Part shown: positions 10,570 through 22,082 of the stretch, piece by piece
Position numbering within the stretch: the stretch's first letter is position 1
Layout of the letters: every line of letters starts with the position of its first letter
The notes under the pieces: model-generated
The model's input: only the letters and a program-made list of their open reading frames with translations
Told to the model about the DNA's origin: nothing
Database searches by the model: none
Made by a program: the position numbers and the translations under genes
Source: Takakia lepidozioides
Taxonomy: Eukaryota > Plantae > Bryophyta
Direction: 5' to 3'
Assembly: GCA_030704615.1 (NCBI GenBank)
Contig: CM060733.1
Span: 72,726,001-72,790,000 of the forward strand
Length of the DNA: 64,000 bases

Positions 10570-11760
10570 CGAGGTGGGTTGGGCTCAAGAACCACCTACC
10601 CGTGAAGTGTGTCGCTAAGCTTGGCGAAGGGTCAACGGAGGGAACTCCTCAAGCTATCTTAAACTACCAACAAACATAGGTCCAACTCATACACTCGTAG
10701 GGCAAAAGTCATTTGTGTCCTCTACGGAATCTACTCCTATCTATTTGCCTTCCAAGACTTACTTATTATCGTTAATACAGCTTCATCCCGGAGCTTTTAA
10801 GTCCCCGACAGGTTCTCTTTGCCTGACGGTTTCCGGAGGACTGGCAAAGCGTTAAGGACAAGCTGCTTAGGTCTGGGTTGCTTCACAATCACGCTTCCCC
10901 GGATCGCACTTGTGTGCAAAGGGGACGCCTACATTCCCGCTATCCGAAGGGGAGAGCACACCCTAGCCTAGAATGAAAACTCTTAACCTGAACAATATCC
11001 CACTTCCTTGCTAATTTCTAGAGCCCTCGGCTATTTTCTAGCAATAGCATTCAATAGAGAAGATGGGAAAAATACTATCCTAGGCAAGCTCTTGAACTTA
11101 GAAAATAGAGATAAAAACCCTAGATTTAATTACCTCTATCCCTATTTTCTGGTAATTTTTCTAAGCAGAAAACCCCTTTAAAATCAATTACTAAATCTGG
11201 AAACTCAATAATTCTAGAAAAATAGGCATTAGGTAGGAATTCATCTAAGCTTTCCAATGACCCATGGCTTGGCCTCTAGATAATTCTCTCTCATTGCCCA
11301 AAAACCACTATCAAGATGTGGGAACCGTAGGGAATTGGCCTAATAGGTCCAAACAATCCCCTAAGCCCTTAAAACATAGCCCCTAGCCTCTAGGTCCTAC
11401 GTTCAAACCCCCCAGAGCTAAACTGGCTTTTCAATCATTCTAATTTCCACCCGAGCCGCTAAGGAGACGACATAACAAAGCTCCCTCAATCGACAAGGAC
11501 AAAAACCATTCAAAAAGTATTTTCCTACCTAAGACCCCCCCTTAAGCTATTATCCGCTGGTCCGTCCTAGCCCTTTTACCCGCTGGTCGCAGACCCGTGC
11601 AGAGCAGCGTGGCAAGGCGCCGTTGGACGAGGTGACGGACCGCTGGTCGCAGCCGCACGGATAAAGCGACGGACCGCTGGGTAAAGCCAGGAAGATCATA
11701 AGTGGCAAGGACGGCCTACCCCCTCCCCCCGCGTGGCTGCTGTCAAGCAGCTTGGGGGCT
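10570..11760. repeat. Degenerate LTR-like repeat, related in inverted orientation to 53240-54520
   Basis: GGGTTGGGCTCAAGAACC at ~10576 is the reverse complement of ~54483-54500. Both regions contain ACGGACCGCTGGGTAAA and similar purine/pyrimidine tracts. Confidence 0.45.
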
Positions 11761-14019
11761 GGGTGGTCAACGCATCGAGTTCCGCGGGGCCTGCAGCCCG
11801 CTTGAAACCAATAGCCAGCTCCTGGCTATTGCCATGGTATCCCCTTTATGGCGCCTCACTTTTGGGAACCCCATCTTGAATCCATGGTCTTTTGCCTTCA
11901 CCTAAAAAAAACAAGAAAATAAACCCCAAGCTAACCCCAAAGGAGCTAGCCTAACCTTCCCAAGGGTTAGCTATGGTCCTCCATAGCTTAACCAAGCTAA
12001 GGAGGCCATATTAGATCTGATTTTTGATCTGTAAATTAGTTATGCATGAAAAATAAATTTCCAGCGACTAAATAAACTTGAAAAAAACATCAAAACTTTG
12101 CTAGCTCTTCCACCTTGCTCCTCTCCTATGGGGGGTGATATGCTTAACAAAGAGACAAATGGATGGCAAGTCTAGATGGCTTAGTGCACACTAAGCTACA
12201 CTCATATGCTCCAAATGAAATGAAACAAAAACAAAAAAAGGATTCCCACTAAGCTTTATGCAAGCATCTACCCAATATTAGTGGGTTAGCTTCCCTTGCA
12301 TGTCTAGTTAGCTTCACACACAAAAATAAGGCCTAGTGGCCAATAAAAAAGAAAACCCACACCTCACTTAGAGATCCCACGGCATGGTTAGCTCTCTAGG
12401 GGTTAGATCTTTCCACTCTCAAGCCAAAAGACAAAATGTCATAGATAACTCCTTGGGCCTCTTGGCCATTAAGGAGGGCTGAGTCTTCATCTCTTTCCTA
12501 AGCTCCCACCACCCTTGGTTAGTAGGACCAAGCTAAGGTTAGATACAAGCTTTCAACAACAATGGACAAGCAAGAAGACACAAAGTGCAACACACATGGA
12601 CAAGGGCTAGGACTCTCTTCTCTCCACTCAAAGGGCTTCACTTGACTAAGTGGGCTACCAAAACTTGAAGGGAAGGGGTAGTGCTCACCTCTTCTATGGG
12701 GTTTGCTGCTCCTACCTCCTCTTCACGCATCAAGGGCTCACCACACTCTCAGATGACAAAACCACTCCGCTTTTTGGGGAAAATGCTCTTTTTTTTTCAC
12801 ATAAAATGGCTCTTGGCCCTTACACACTAGGTCCTAGGATCTCCCTAGCACACTAGATGCTTCATCCAAGCTTGCCTAAAACAACTAGGCTAAGCTTTAA
12901 GCCAACAAGCAATCTAGGACTTCACTTCAAAAAACAAGATACTAAGGCTAAGCAAGCTCTTCAAGCTAGTTCTCTAAAAAACTCACTAACAAGAAACTAT
13001 AAGCAAAAAAACAAGAATGAAGTGGTGAGCAAGCTCACCTCCTAATCTACTTATACTAGAAATACTATAAAAAAGGAAGGGATGACATCCAAAATCCTTG
13101 GATGGAATAGGCAATCAACCACTTTTTGGTTGGTAGGTGGAAAATATCATTCAACCAGTTGGTTGGGGGCGGTGCTACTTCTTGTGGACCCAAAAATCCC
13201 ATCAAAATGAATTTCTCTTGGTCATGGTCGCCCAAAAACCTCAAAAATAGTGAATTATTGCTAACTTTCTCCAAAATTCTTGAAACTTGGCCACAAACTC
13301 CCTTATGGTATGCTTGAAACACCCACAAATCTTCAAGTTCATGTGATGCAACCATCAACCATAAAAAATAAACAAGCGCCATTTGCAAGTGAAAACTATG
13401 TTTCAACGTGTAGCATTATTTTTTGGCTGGGAAACGATCGATGCCAGGGGCTGAAACTCCTTCCACATCATCTAATCTCCCTTTTAACCACATCATAAAA
13501 ATCCCTCCACAAACAGCACTTGATTCTGGCTTCGTCCTGTGCGCTGAATGTACTTACCACAGCAAAATCCCAGTCAGCCGCTACCATTTAATAAAACCTC
13601 TTTAGGATTTTTTGTAGGAGACCAAGACTCCTTGGAAGCTCCTTAAATTTAAATCATACCAAAAGGTGGAATTGTCCTCCTGGGAAAAAGAGATCACTGC
13701 CGGTAGTCTACTACATGCCGCACTGCAGTGTCTGTTTTGCATGAATGAACTAAAACACAGGGGAACCCATGCTTGATCCCTGTCACCAACTTATCTGAGC
13801 ATGAAAATGAAATCGTATCATGAGCATGTGTGCTCCGCGCCTCCAGCGTCCTCATGAACTGCATTGAAGCAAAATGAATTTTTTTATTTGGAATTGCGAG
13901 ACTGTTGTCAACCGTGTCGTTGAAAGAATAATCCAGTGGGTAGTTTGTTATTGAGGTCAAGCTCTCCTAAATTGCCTCTGCTTGAATAGCGATCGGATGT
14001 TGATGTGGGGAACAGACAG

Positions 14020-14276
14020 ACCGTTGCCTGCAGTCGTTTTAATCGGCCCCTAGATGTTCGAACGGTCGACTGGAATCGCACGTCCTGCTGCTCCCTTGCA
14101 AGTACCCTAGTTATATAAACTCCTGACTTTTTCATTCTGAGAAGGATGAATGACGGGCCAGACAGGGGAAAACCCTGCGCAACCCTAATGTCTTTCTTTT
14201 TGCACTGCGAGAGCGCGCGCGATGGCGGCTTGGGAAGAGCGATGGTGCTCGTGCTGCAGATACCTTGAGCTGCCAA
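14020..14276 (-). CDS. Possible first exon of a host gene with a transit-peptide-like N-terminus
   Basis: MAAQGICSTSTIALPKPPSRALSQCKK is Ser/Thr/Ala/basic-rich and acid-poor. TATAAA on the minus strand near 14520. Downstream exons not identified. Confidence 0.3.
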
Positions 14277-14677
14277 TCCTTGAGTGTTTATGGCTCCTGT
14301 GAGCGCTGCCTAGGCGGGCTCTTTAAGGCGATGGCGGTGGCTTAGAGATGAGGGAAGATTCACTGTCTCAGTTGTCTGTTTTTTTGCTGCACAAGGGAAC
14401 TGCGACAGTGATGGTGGAGGTACCACCTGCATGCTTATGGCGTTTCCCTAGGAGCCCTCCTCTGGATCTTTGATGAATGGCGGCGTCTTGGTAGAACAAG
14501 GAAGTCTCTCTCCCTCCCTTTATAAACCCTACCTTTTGAGACCAAGCTCTTTTTTCTTGTGCTTGGCTTCATGGACGTTGCAGACCTCTTCCATTTGTGG
14601 GCCATACCAGTAGCTGTGTCAATGTTTCGCTGTTTCTGATACAAATGGTCATGTTTTTCGCTGTCTGTGTACAATTC

Positions 14678-14785
14678 GAGGTTTACTATTTCATGAGCAG
14701 AAACCATGAGCCATGAGCCATGAGCCGCATGAGCCGCATGAGCGGTGAGCCGAAGTCTAAGATACGCGGATTTCATGAGCGGACT
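14678..14785 (+). repeat. Left TIR with subterminal CATGAGC heptamer repeats
   Basis: CTATTTCATGAGC followed by tandem (C)CATGAGC(CG) units. Confidence 0.85.
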
Positions 14786-15528
14786 CCTCCAAATTTGGAA
14801 ATGCGGCAGATTAAACAAGTATTAAAATAATAGTTTTTTATTTGACCTTGCCGTTTTTGGACGTTCCAGATCATGTAATGCGGCGAAGATATGTCGTCAG
14901 TAACAAGTCCGCTCATGGTTTTATAGATCCGCTCATGGAAATAAGTGACCGTGCAACGGGAAATCCAGTATACCACTGCAAAAGGACGTCGCATACTGGC
15001 CTGTATAGAGTATTCCGCGGTTTTACATGCCTTAACATTGGAATGAAGCTGACCCTTTTGCCGCGATTGAACCAATGGAGTCTGCACCAATACAGTCTGC
15101 AGTACTTCACAATTCTGTCTTCTTCGGGTATTCGGCGGGAAAGGTTTGCAACTGAACTGGGAAATAGGGTGCCGCATTAGGGTTCGCACGTGCGAAATTT
15201 CGGAGCGGTTTGGTGTTGGCGAAGGCCGCCTCTGGGGGTACCTACGACGATACTTGGAAATTCGGCGCCGCATTTCCTTGTCGGAGGTCGAATGAGGAGA
15301 GCAAGTTTTCGGAAAGCAGAAAAACATGAACCCTCCAACATACAAAAATACATGCACGTGGAAACAAGTGAACGATATAGTAATATCTTAGTTCGATCAA
15401 AACAGGTTACTGGTAGGCAAGACATATGTCGGACCTTTGTGTGGCCAGAGTCTGAGGTACTGGCAGCAGTACAGTTCTACTATCCGAAAAGGATGGGCGT
15501 ACCATTGTATGTGGACCGCAAGCCAAGC

Positions 15529-18500
15529 TCACTGGTCCCCTGGATCCATATTCAGAAGAGTGTGAACCTCCTGGGGGCTCAACCCTGGTGCATGTATGAA
15601 GTGATGAGTTGTGGAATTACAACGGAGTCTCTTTAGGTACACGTAGTACAAATGCTTGCAAGGGCAGTATGATGCCCCTTGTTCGCCATGATCTGGAAGT
15701 CGGTGCAATTGCAGGTGGGTAATTCTGAAATGGTGATGGTGTACACCTCATTGCGAATAGCTAAGCCCGCCGTGGCCATCTGATACACACGCCCGAATCC
15801 TGGTGGGGGCACTTCTGTCGAGCTCTGGATTGTACAGTTCATCCGAAGTGCATTCCCCATCCTTGTCTCGTTCACTTTTGAGGGAGGTCGCCGCCTCTTC
15901 GGTTTCCCCCAACGGTGTGTAGGATGCTTAGAGCTGTCGTGTCCCATTGTTCTTGCTCTCACAGGGGTCGGTGGTGGAGGCTGTGGAAGCGGAAATGGTT
16001 GTCTGGGGACGTCAGTGCGCTGCACCATCCGAAATCCTGCGGCGGTAAGGGCGTCGGCCTCAACCTGACTCAGATCGCAGCCTGGTTCCACCGGCCACAC
16101 TGGGGGAGCCTCTGGCATTGTCTGTATGCCGTACTTGGGCTTTCCATACACGCAAGTCATAATGTCGTGCCTGCAGAACCAGAACTGGGTGGTTGTCGCC
16201 TCCGCAAACTTTGCATGGACAAATCTTCCTGTAAAAGTAGGAGCAGGGACAGCCCCATCTGGATTCCTCCTTATCATCTCTAAACAACGTTGCCGTGTAT
16301 CCACACGAATTGCGGAACACCTTCCTCGAAACGACGGCTTTGTGCGAGCAATTCTCCACTGTGAGGCAGACACAGTCGTCTCCACAATGGCTTGGCCATA
16401 CTGCATAACAGCGGGCGGAATGTGGGGCAAGGGAGCGGTGGGAATTTGTTGCACGAAATCCCCGGTTGAAGGCGACGGCGATCTGGAATTTCTTGGGCTT
16501 CCACTGCTGGAAGACACATTGTGCGGCAACATGACGGGACCTCGAGGTGCTGTCCGAATGTTCCTGTCGGATCTCCAGGAATCCTCTTCGCACCCGGGTT
16601 CCTCTTCAATCCTCCGCCTGACAGGGCGAGTCCGGACGTCCCCTCTAGGTGTTCACCTCTGCGGTGCAGAGGCGTCCCTTTGATCTTCTCTCGCAATGCT
16701 GTCGCCCATTTCACTGGATTCTTGGACCTCGAAGCTGTTCGTACCAACAATTCCTCCCTGTCCGGCCCAAAGCCCCATTGTTTGCCGCTCAGGAACTTGT
16801 AGTACGTGGCTTGCTGCATGATTGCTCTGTCGATGTCCTCCGTTGTGGCCGTCACTACGTCCACCAGATGTGCGGCAGAAGACGCTCGCCAGGAGGAGTG
16901 GACCGATTCTGCCATATTCGTGTTCGGCATGTCCGTGTCGGAATCCAAGCACCGCTCCTAGAAGGACACAAACAACGGTGAGGGACCAATCGAAATGTCC
17001 GTAACAGAAAGACAAATGAACGAAATTGACAGCAGCCTACCTCCCGTATGTACTGTCCGAACTGTCGATACCGAAAATGCCACCACCCCAACCAGCTGTG
17101 CAATGCTCCCAGATTGGTTGTCTCCACTGCACCTGACGTGTTCCACCAAGCCTCGATGATAGCAAACTTAACCTCCGCGTCATCAAATGTGGGTGCATCC
17201 TTCCACGCCGTACAAAGGACACGGTGTTCAGCCTGGAATGAGCTAGCAACAAATTTGGTAGTGTAGTGGGATAGACTCTGCATCCAATGGAATCCACAGG
17301 ATCTCTCTTTCCCCTCCATTGGAACATTGGGGTCCTCACCGTACACACGCCGCACCGCTGCCCCGTTGGCCTGAGCGTTGTCTGCCATGAATCCCCTGAA
17401 ATTGGGCTCTGGCAATCCCGCCCTTGCCATCTGCTGGTTTATGCCCTCCCACAGATGCATCTCGGACTGTGTGTCCTCCCCTTTCATCTCGCAGATTGCA
17501 ATCGTCATGAGCCTCTTGGAGTGATAGTCATAAACATGCGCACCCATAGTCACCCACTGATGGTTTGTAATTCGCTTGATGTGATCAAACATCACCCAAG
17601 CATTCGACAAGTTTCCAGTTGTCATGCGAGTGACCAAGTCGACTCCACTCCCAGGCCCACACGTCGACATTTTGAAAATGTAACAACGATCGGATTCGCT
17701 GCCTTGCCCTGGAAACCTGCTACCTTGGATGTAGTCATATCCAGTCATTCGTTTCACCTCCAGGATTGAGTACATGTCCGACCCCCTGCCGAACTCCTGC
17801 TTGCAAGATACGATGTGATTCCGCACATTCGGACTACAAACGTGCGAGACGGACTCCAAGAGGTCACGCATCTCGTCTTCGGTCAAGGGCTCTCGGTCGG
17901 AACCATCTTCAGACATGATTTTGCCAAGAGCAATCTTGTGGGCTGCCTTCAGCTGAATCTGCTTTGGTCTGGCTCCGGGGCTCAATTTCACCTCCTCTTT
18001 TATGATGTCGTGTGCTTCCTGCACAGCCTCACGCATGTTGCCTCTCGCCAAGGGGTGGCAGTGGACCCCAACGTGTATGCAAGCTCTAGTCAAGTCCGGG
18101 AGCAAATGGATTACGTAATATTGCTTGGCTCTGCACATGGACATGCACGTCGGTGGTTCTTTGCAATGTGCACACTTGAAAGAACCCGCAGGAGCTTGGC
18201 TGGAGACAATGAATGGATGATGCGTTGTGCCAGTCCAATCCGTCTCGTTTCTCCGCCCTCCTTTGGAGAGAAAGTGGAAGCAGGTGGGATTGAGGCACCT
18301 CAGCTTCCCCGCACAGAGGACATATCGTACACGAACACCATCAGCAATTTTCGTGCTACCGGTCTTCGTCACACACCAGGGGTGTCCGTCATGCTTTCGA
18401 TCCATGTCTGTTAACATCCCGGAGGCTTCTTTGACGAAGAAACAGGTGGAAACTCGAAGATGACATTGCCATCGACTTCGGGAGGCAGAAACGTTACCTT

Positions 18501-19130
18501 TCTGACTGGGAATTTGGCATAGTCAAGAGCAGCCAGCTCGGAGCGAGAACCATCGAGGTGATGTTGTCGTAGGAGCTGCACAATGGACCGGGTTGGAGTT
18601 ATGCTCGAGGGCACATGCGTAGCACCTACAGAGATGTCCATGCCGGATTTGAACGACCGTGTGGAGGACATGGGTACCTCAATGCAATCATCTTCCTCGT
18701 CGGAAATGTCGAATACGTCCACACGAGAAGCTATGGAGGGTCTTGACGGTCCAGGTCGGGAATGATTATCGTTGCATACCTCTCTGTTGGCAGTGGCCGC
18801 CTCTCGGTTTCCGGACTCCTTTGTGGATGGTGTGGGCAGCGACTGATTCGGAAAGGGAATGGGCATTCCCACAGCTCGGTACAGGATGGTGTCTGACGGG
18901 GGAACGTGCCATTCGATTCCGCAACCTCCGTCGTTACCTAGCACGACAATGGTCTCGTCAACCTGTCCAGGAACATCCTTCCTTTCTTCTTCCAAATAAA
19001 CTGTGCCCGGTTTGAGCTTGAATTTGGAACAAAGGTAAGTTTCAGTCACTCTGCAAAGTCCTCCCTCGTTTGGGATCCAGGCTCTCCCAAGTTGCGGAGG
19101 ACAGCAAACTATAGCGTAGGAATTCGGAGC
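15529..19130 (-). CDS. MULE transposase: GCM/WRKY-like Zn domain, DDE core, C-terminal SWIM finger (intron near 16970-17040; a few 1-bp frameshifts; start approximate)
   Basis: CAGKLRC..C..CAHC..C..HCHP; MFDHIKR; FMADNAQA; SCGFHW (CxxH); TNMAESVHS (catalytic E); YTITISELPTCNCTDF..PCKHLYYV. Confidence 0.88.
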
Positions 19131-19563
19131 CATCGAACACCGCACGGAGTTGGCAAGTGCGAGGTTCAGTATAGCGAGAGACCAAGGCTCACAGGCACCA
19201 TCTAAGTGGATCTGCGGAGTCCATCGACAATTGGAAGTCGCACATTGAAGTGGAAAGTATTGTTTCAAGCTACATGCATGAAGGTGGGAGGTTTGATTCC
19301 ATAGCCAGTGAGTAGGACAATGATGGCCGATTCGGCGACGAAATAACATCTCCTGACAAGTTTCTCCTGAGGGTGGATCCAGCAGTATTCTCGGTGCAGA
19401 CAGGAACGTTCGCACTGACAAGTGCCAGGACTGCTGGTTAAAACGGTCAGACAACCAAGTTGTGCTCATCAAGACTGGCCGCAATTGTGTTGTTTCGGAA
19501 CAATGCAACCCATTGAGGTTCCAGATTTCCCGTCACGAGTGATTCTGTCGATTGCTGGTGGAC

Positions 19564-21300
19564 GGAAATACGGCGCCGCATTTCCGTATTGCATCTTGGT
19601 CATGCAACAGAGCGACGGAAATGCGGCACCGAGTTTCCGTCCGGGGGAAACCTTTATACTCTCCAGAACGGAAATGCGGTAACGCATTTCCATCCAGCAA
19701 GCACGGTATGTGAAGGTGGAACGGAAATGCGGTACCGCATTTCCGTTCTGATTCAGATTTATGAACAACGGGAACAGAAATGCGGCACCGCATTTCCGTC
19801 CGAGTCGCACTTTTCGACATTCCAGAACGGGAATGCGGCGCCGCATTTCCATTTTGTATCTGATGCATGGAGTTGAGGGATAGAAATGCTGCAGCACATT
19901 TCCGTCCTTAAAAGACATTCATACTCTCGAGAACGGAAATGCGGTACCGCATTTTCATTCAACAAGCACGGTATGTGAAGGTGGAACGGAAATGCGGTAC
20001 CGCATTTCCGTTCTGATTGAGAATTATGAACAACGGGAACAGAAATGCGGCACCGCATTTCCGTCAAGTCGCACTTTTCGACATTCCATAAAGGAAATGC
20101 GGCGCCGCATTTCCATTTTGTATCTGATGCCTGGAGCCGAGTAAGATTCCGACAGCTTCATACAGCGCAATTCGACGGTTGAGACATTCACACTATCCAG
20201 AACGGAAATGCGGCACCGCATTTCCGTTCTGACTGAAAATCGTGAACTCTGAACTGAAATGCGGCACCGTATTTCCATCCGAGTCGCACCTACCATCATT
20301 CCAGAACGGAAATGCGGTACCGCATTTCCGTTCTGACTGAAAATCGTGAACCATCGGAACTGAAATGCGGCAACGTATTTCCATCCGAGTCGCACCTACC
20401 ATCATTCCAGAACGGAAATGCGGTACCGCATTTCCGTTCTGACTGAAAATCGTGAACCATCGGAACTGAAATGCGGCAGCGCATTTCCATCCGAGTCGCA
20501 CCTCCCAACATTCCAGAACGGAATGTATTAGATTTAAAAGGGAAATGCGGCACCGCATTTCCGTTCTGATGAAATATCCTGAAACATCGGAATTGAAATG
20601 CGGTACCGCATTTCCGTCGGAGTCCCACCATCCGACATTCCAAAAACGGAAACGCGGTACCGCATTTCCGTTGTATGTGAGGCATGGAGCTGTGGAACGA
20701 AAATGCGGGAAGGCATTTCCGCCAGCGTCGGACGTTAATACTCTACAGAACGGAAATGCGGTACCGCATTTCCATCTGACTGAAAATCGTGCGCAACGGT
20801 ACAGAAATGCGGCACCGGCATTTCCGTTCGGAGTCCACCCTTCCGACATTCTCGAACGGAAATGCGGCGCCGCATTTCCGTTTTGTATATTCGGCCTGGA
20901 GCTGTGCTACGGAAATGTGTTGCCGCATTTCCATCCATGTGAGTCCTTACAACCTTTCCAGACCGGAAATGCGACACCGCATTTCTGTCCAGGGGACCTC
21001 TATACTTTCCGAACGGAAATGTGGCACGGCATTTCCATTCACAACTAACGTATGTGAAGGGAACGGAAATGCGGCGCCGCAATTTCCCTTCTGAATCTCA
21101 TACATGGAGATGTGGGACGGAAAATGCGGCACCGTATTTCCGTTCAACAACTAAGGTATGTGAAGGTGGTGGAAACGGAAATGCGGTGCCGCATTTTCTT
21201 CCAAAAAGTACGGATGTGTAGCTTCGGAAATGCGGGCGCCGCATTCGCATTCTCGCTCCAACTCATCATCAGACGCTGGGACGGAAATGCCTTGAAATGT
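19564..21300. repeat. Array of ~30 copies of a 22-bp palindrome GGAAATGCGG-NN-CCGCATTTCC at a ~53-bp period
   Basis: Starts at 19564, 19617, 19670, 19723, 19776, 19829, 19882, 19935, 19988, 20041 and onward. The ~31-bp spacers are much more variable than the motif. Higher-order 265-bp and 106-bp duplications are present. Confidence 0.95.
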
Positions 21301-22082
21301 GAACACGTGGAGCAACGGAATTGCTGCACATGTCGGCACTCTATCTGACTGAAGGGCATGAGGCGGCGCGCCTGACCGTTGGATAATGATGTTTGCTTTT
21401 CCGACGGCAGCGTACCCTCAACGATTCGAATTTCGTAATGACGCAAACTCCACGAGGAGACACTTTCGTCCAACCTTTCGAACCCAAGTGGTGCATCACC
21501 CCGCGTTTCATCTACTTTTGTCGTGTCTCCTCAGTCACCCCTCTCGCGCCCTTTCCATCTGCACTCTTTGCCCCTTTTCCCTCTCTCTGTTCTTCTTATG
21601 CGCGAACCTGAGAGGGGGGAGTTCGTGCACCAGACAGGAGACCTCGTCGCAAGCTCCGAAATTATACTTCGGACGTAGGCCAATGCCGAAGGGGAGAAGC
21701 AGATGCGTCTACAGGAGGAGATTGCCATCCTCCGAGCAGCAGGCCACTCAGGCAACCCAGCACCAGTGAGAGCTCCATGCGATCGGGCTTGCGCAGCTGA
21801 ATCGAGCACCGACCCCCCATTTTGCTTCTGTAATTCTTAGACTGAAATGCTAGGGAGACTTGAATGCAGAACATGTTTGCATGCCTACAGAAAGGTGGAC
21901 GTGCTGGAGGGATCGCAGGAATCCGAAGAGCCGCAGGAAGAGTCCGAGGACTAGCTGCAGCACGTACACCCCCCCCGATCCCCGAGCGCGGGTATTCCTG
22001 CCGGGCCTACCCCTCTGCGATTCAAAGACGCGTCTTCGAAGGGCAAGTTCAAAGTCTCAAGATCGACTCGCGTTCTTCGATC

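Noticed and set aside
19564-21300. CRISPR array (palindromic repeat with ~31-bp spacers)
   Set aside because: Eukaryotic TE context with no cas genes. Spacers recur as 265-bp and 106-bp higher-order duplications, and the same motif is scattered singly in introns.
19422-21348. Many short ORFs with EMRCRIS / GNAVPHF / KCGTAFP repeats (also at 27043-27907 and 46040-46625)
   Set aside because: These are translations of the palindromic arrays in all six frames, not proteins.
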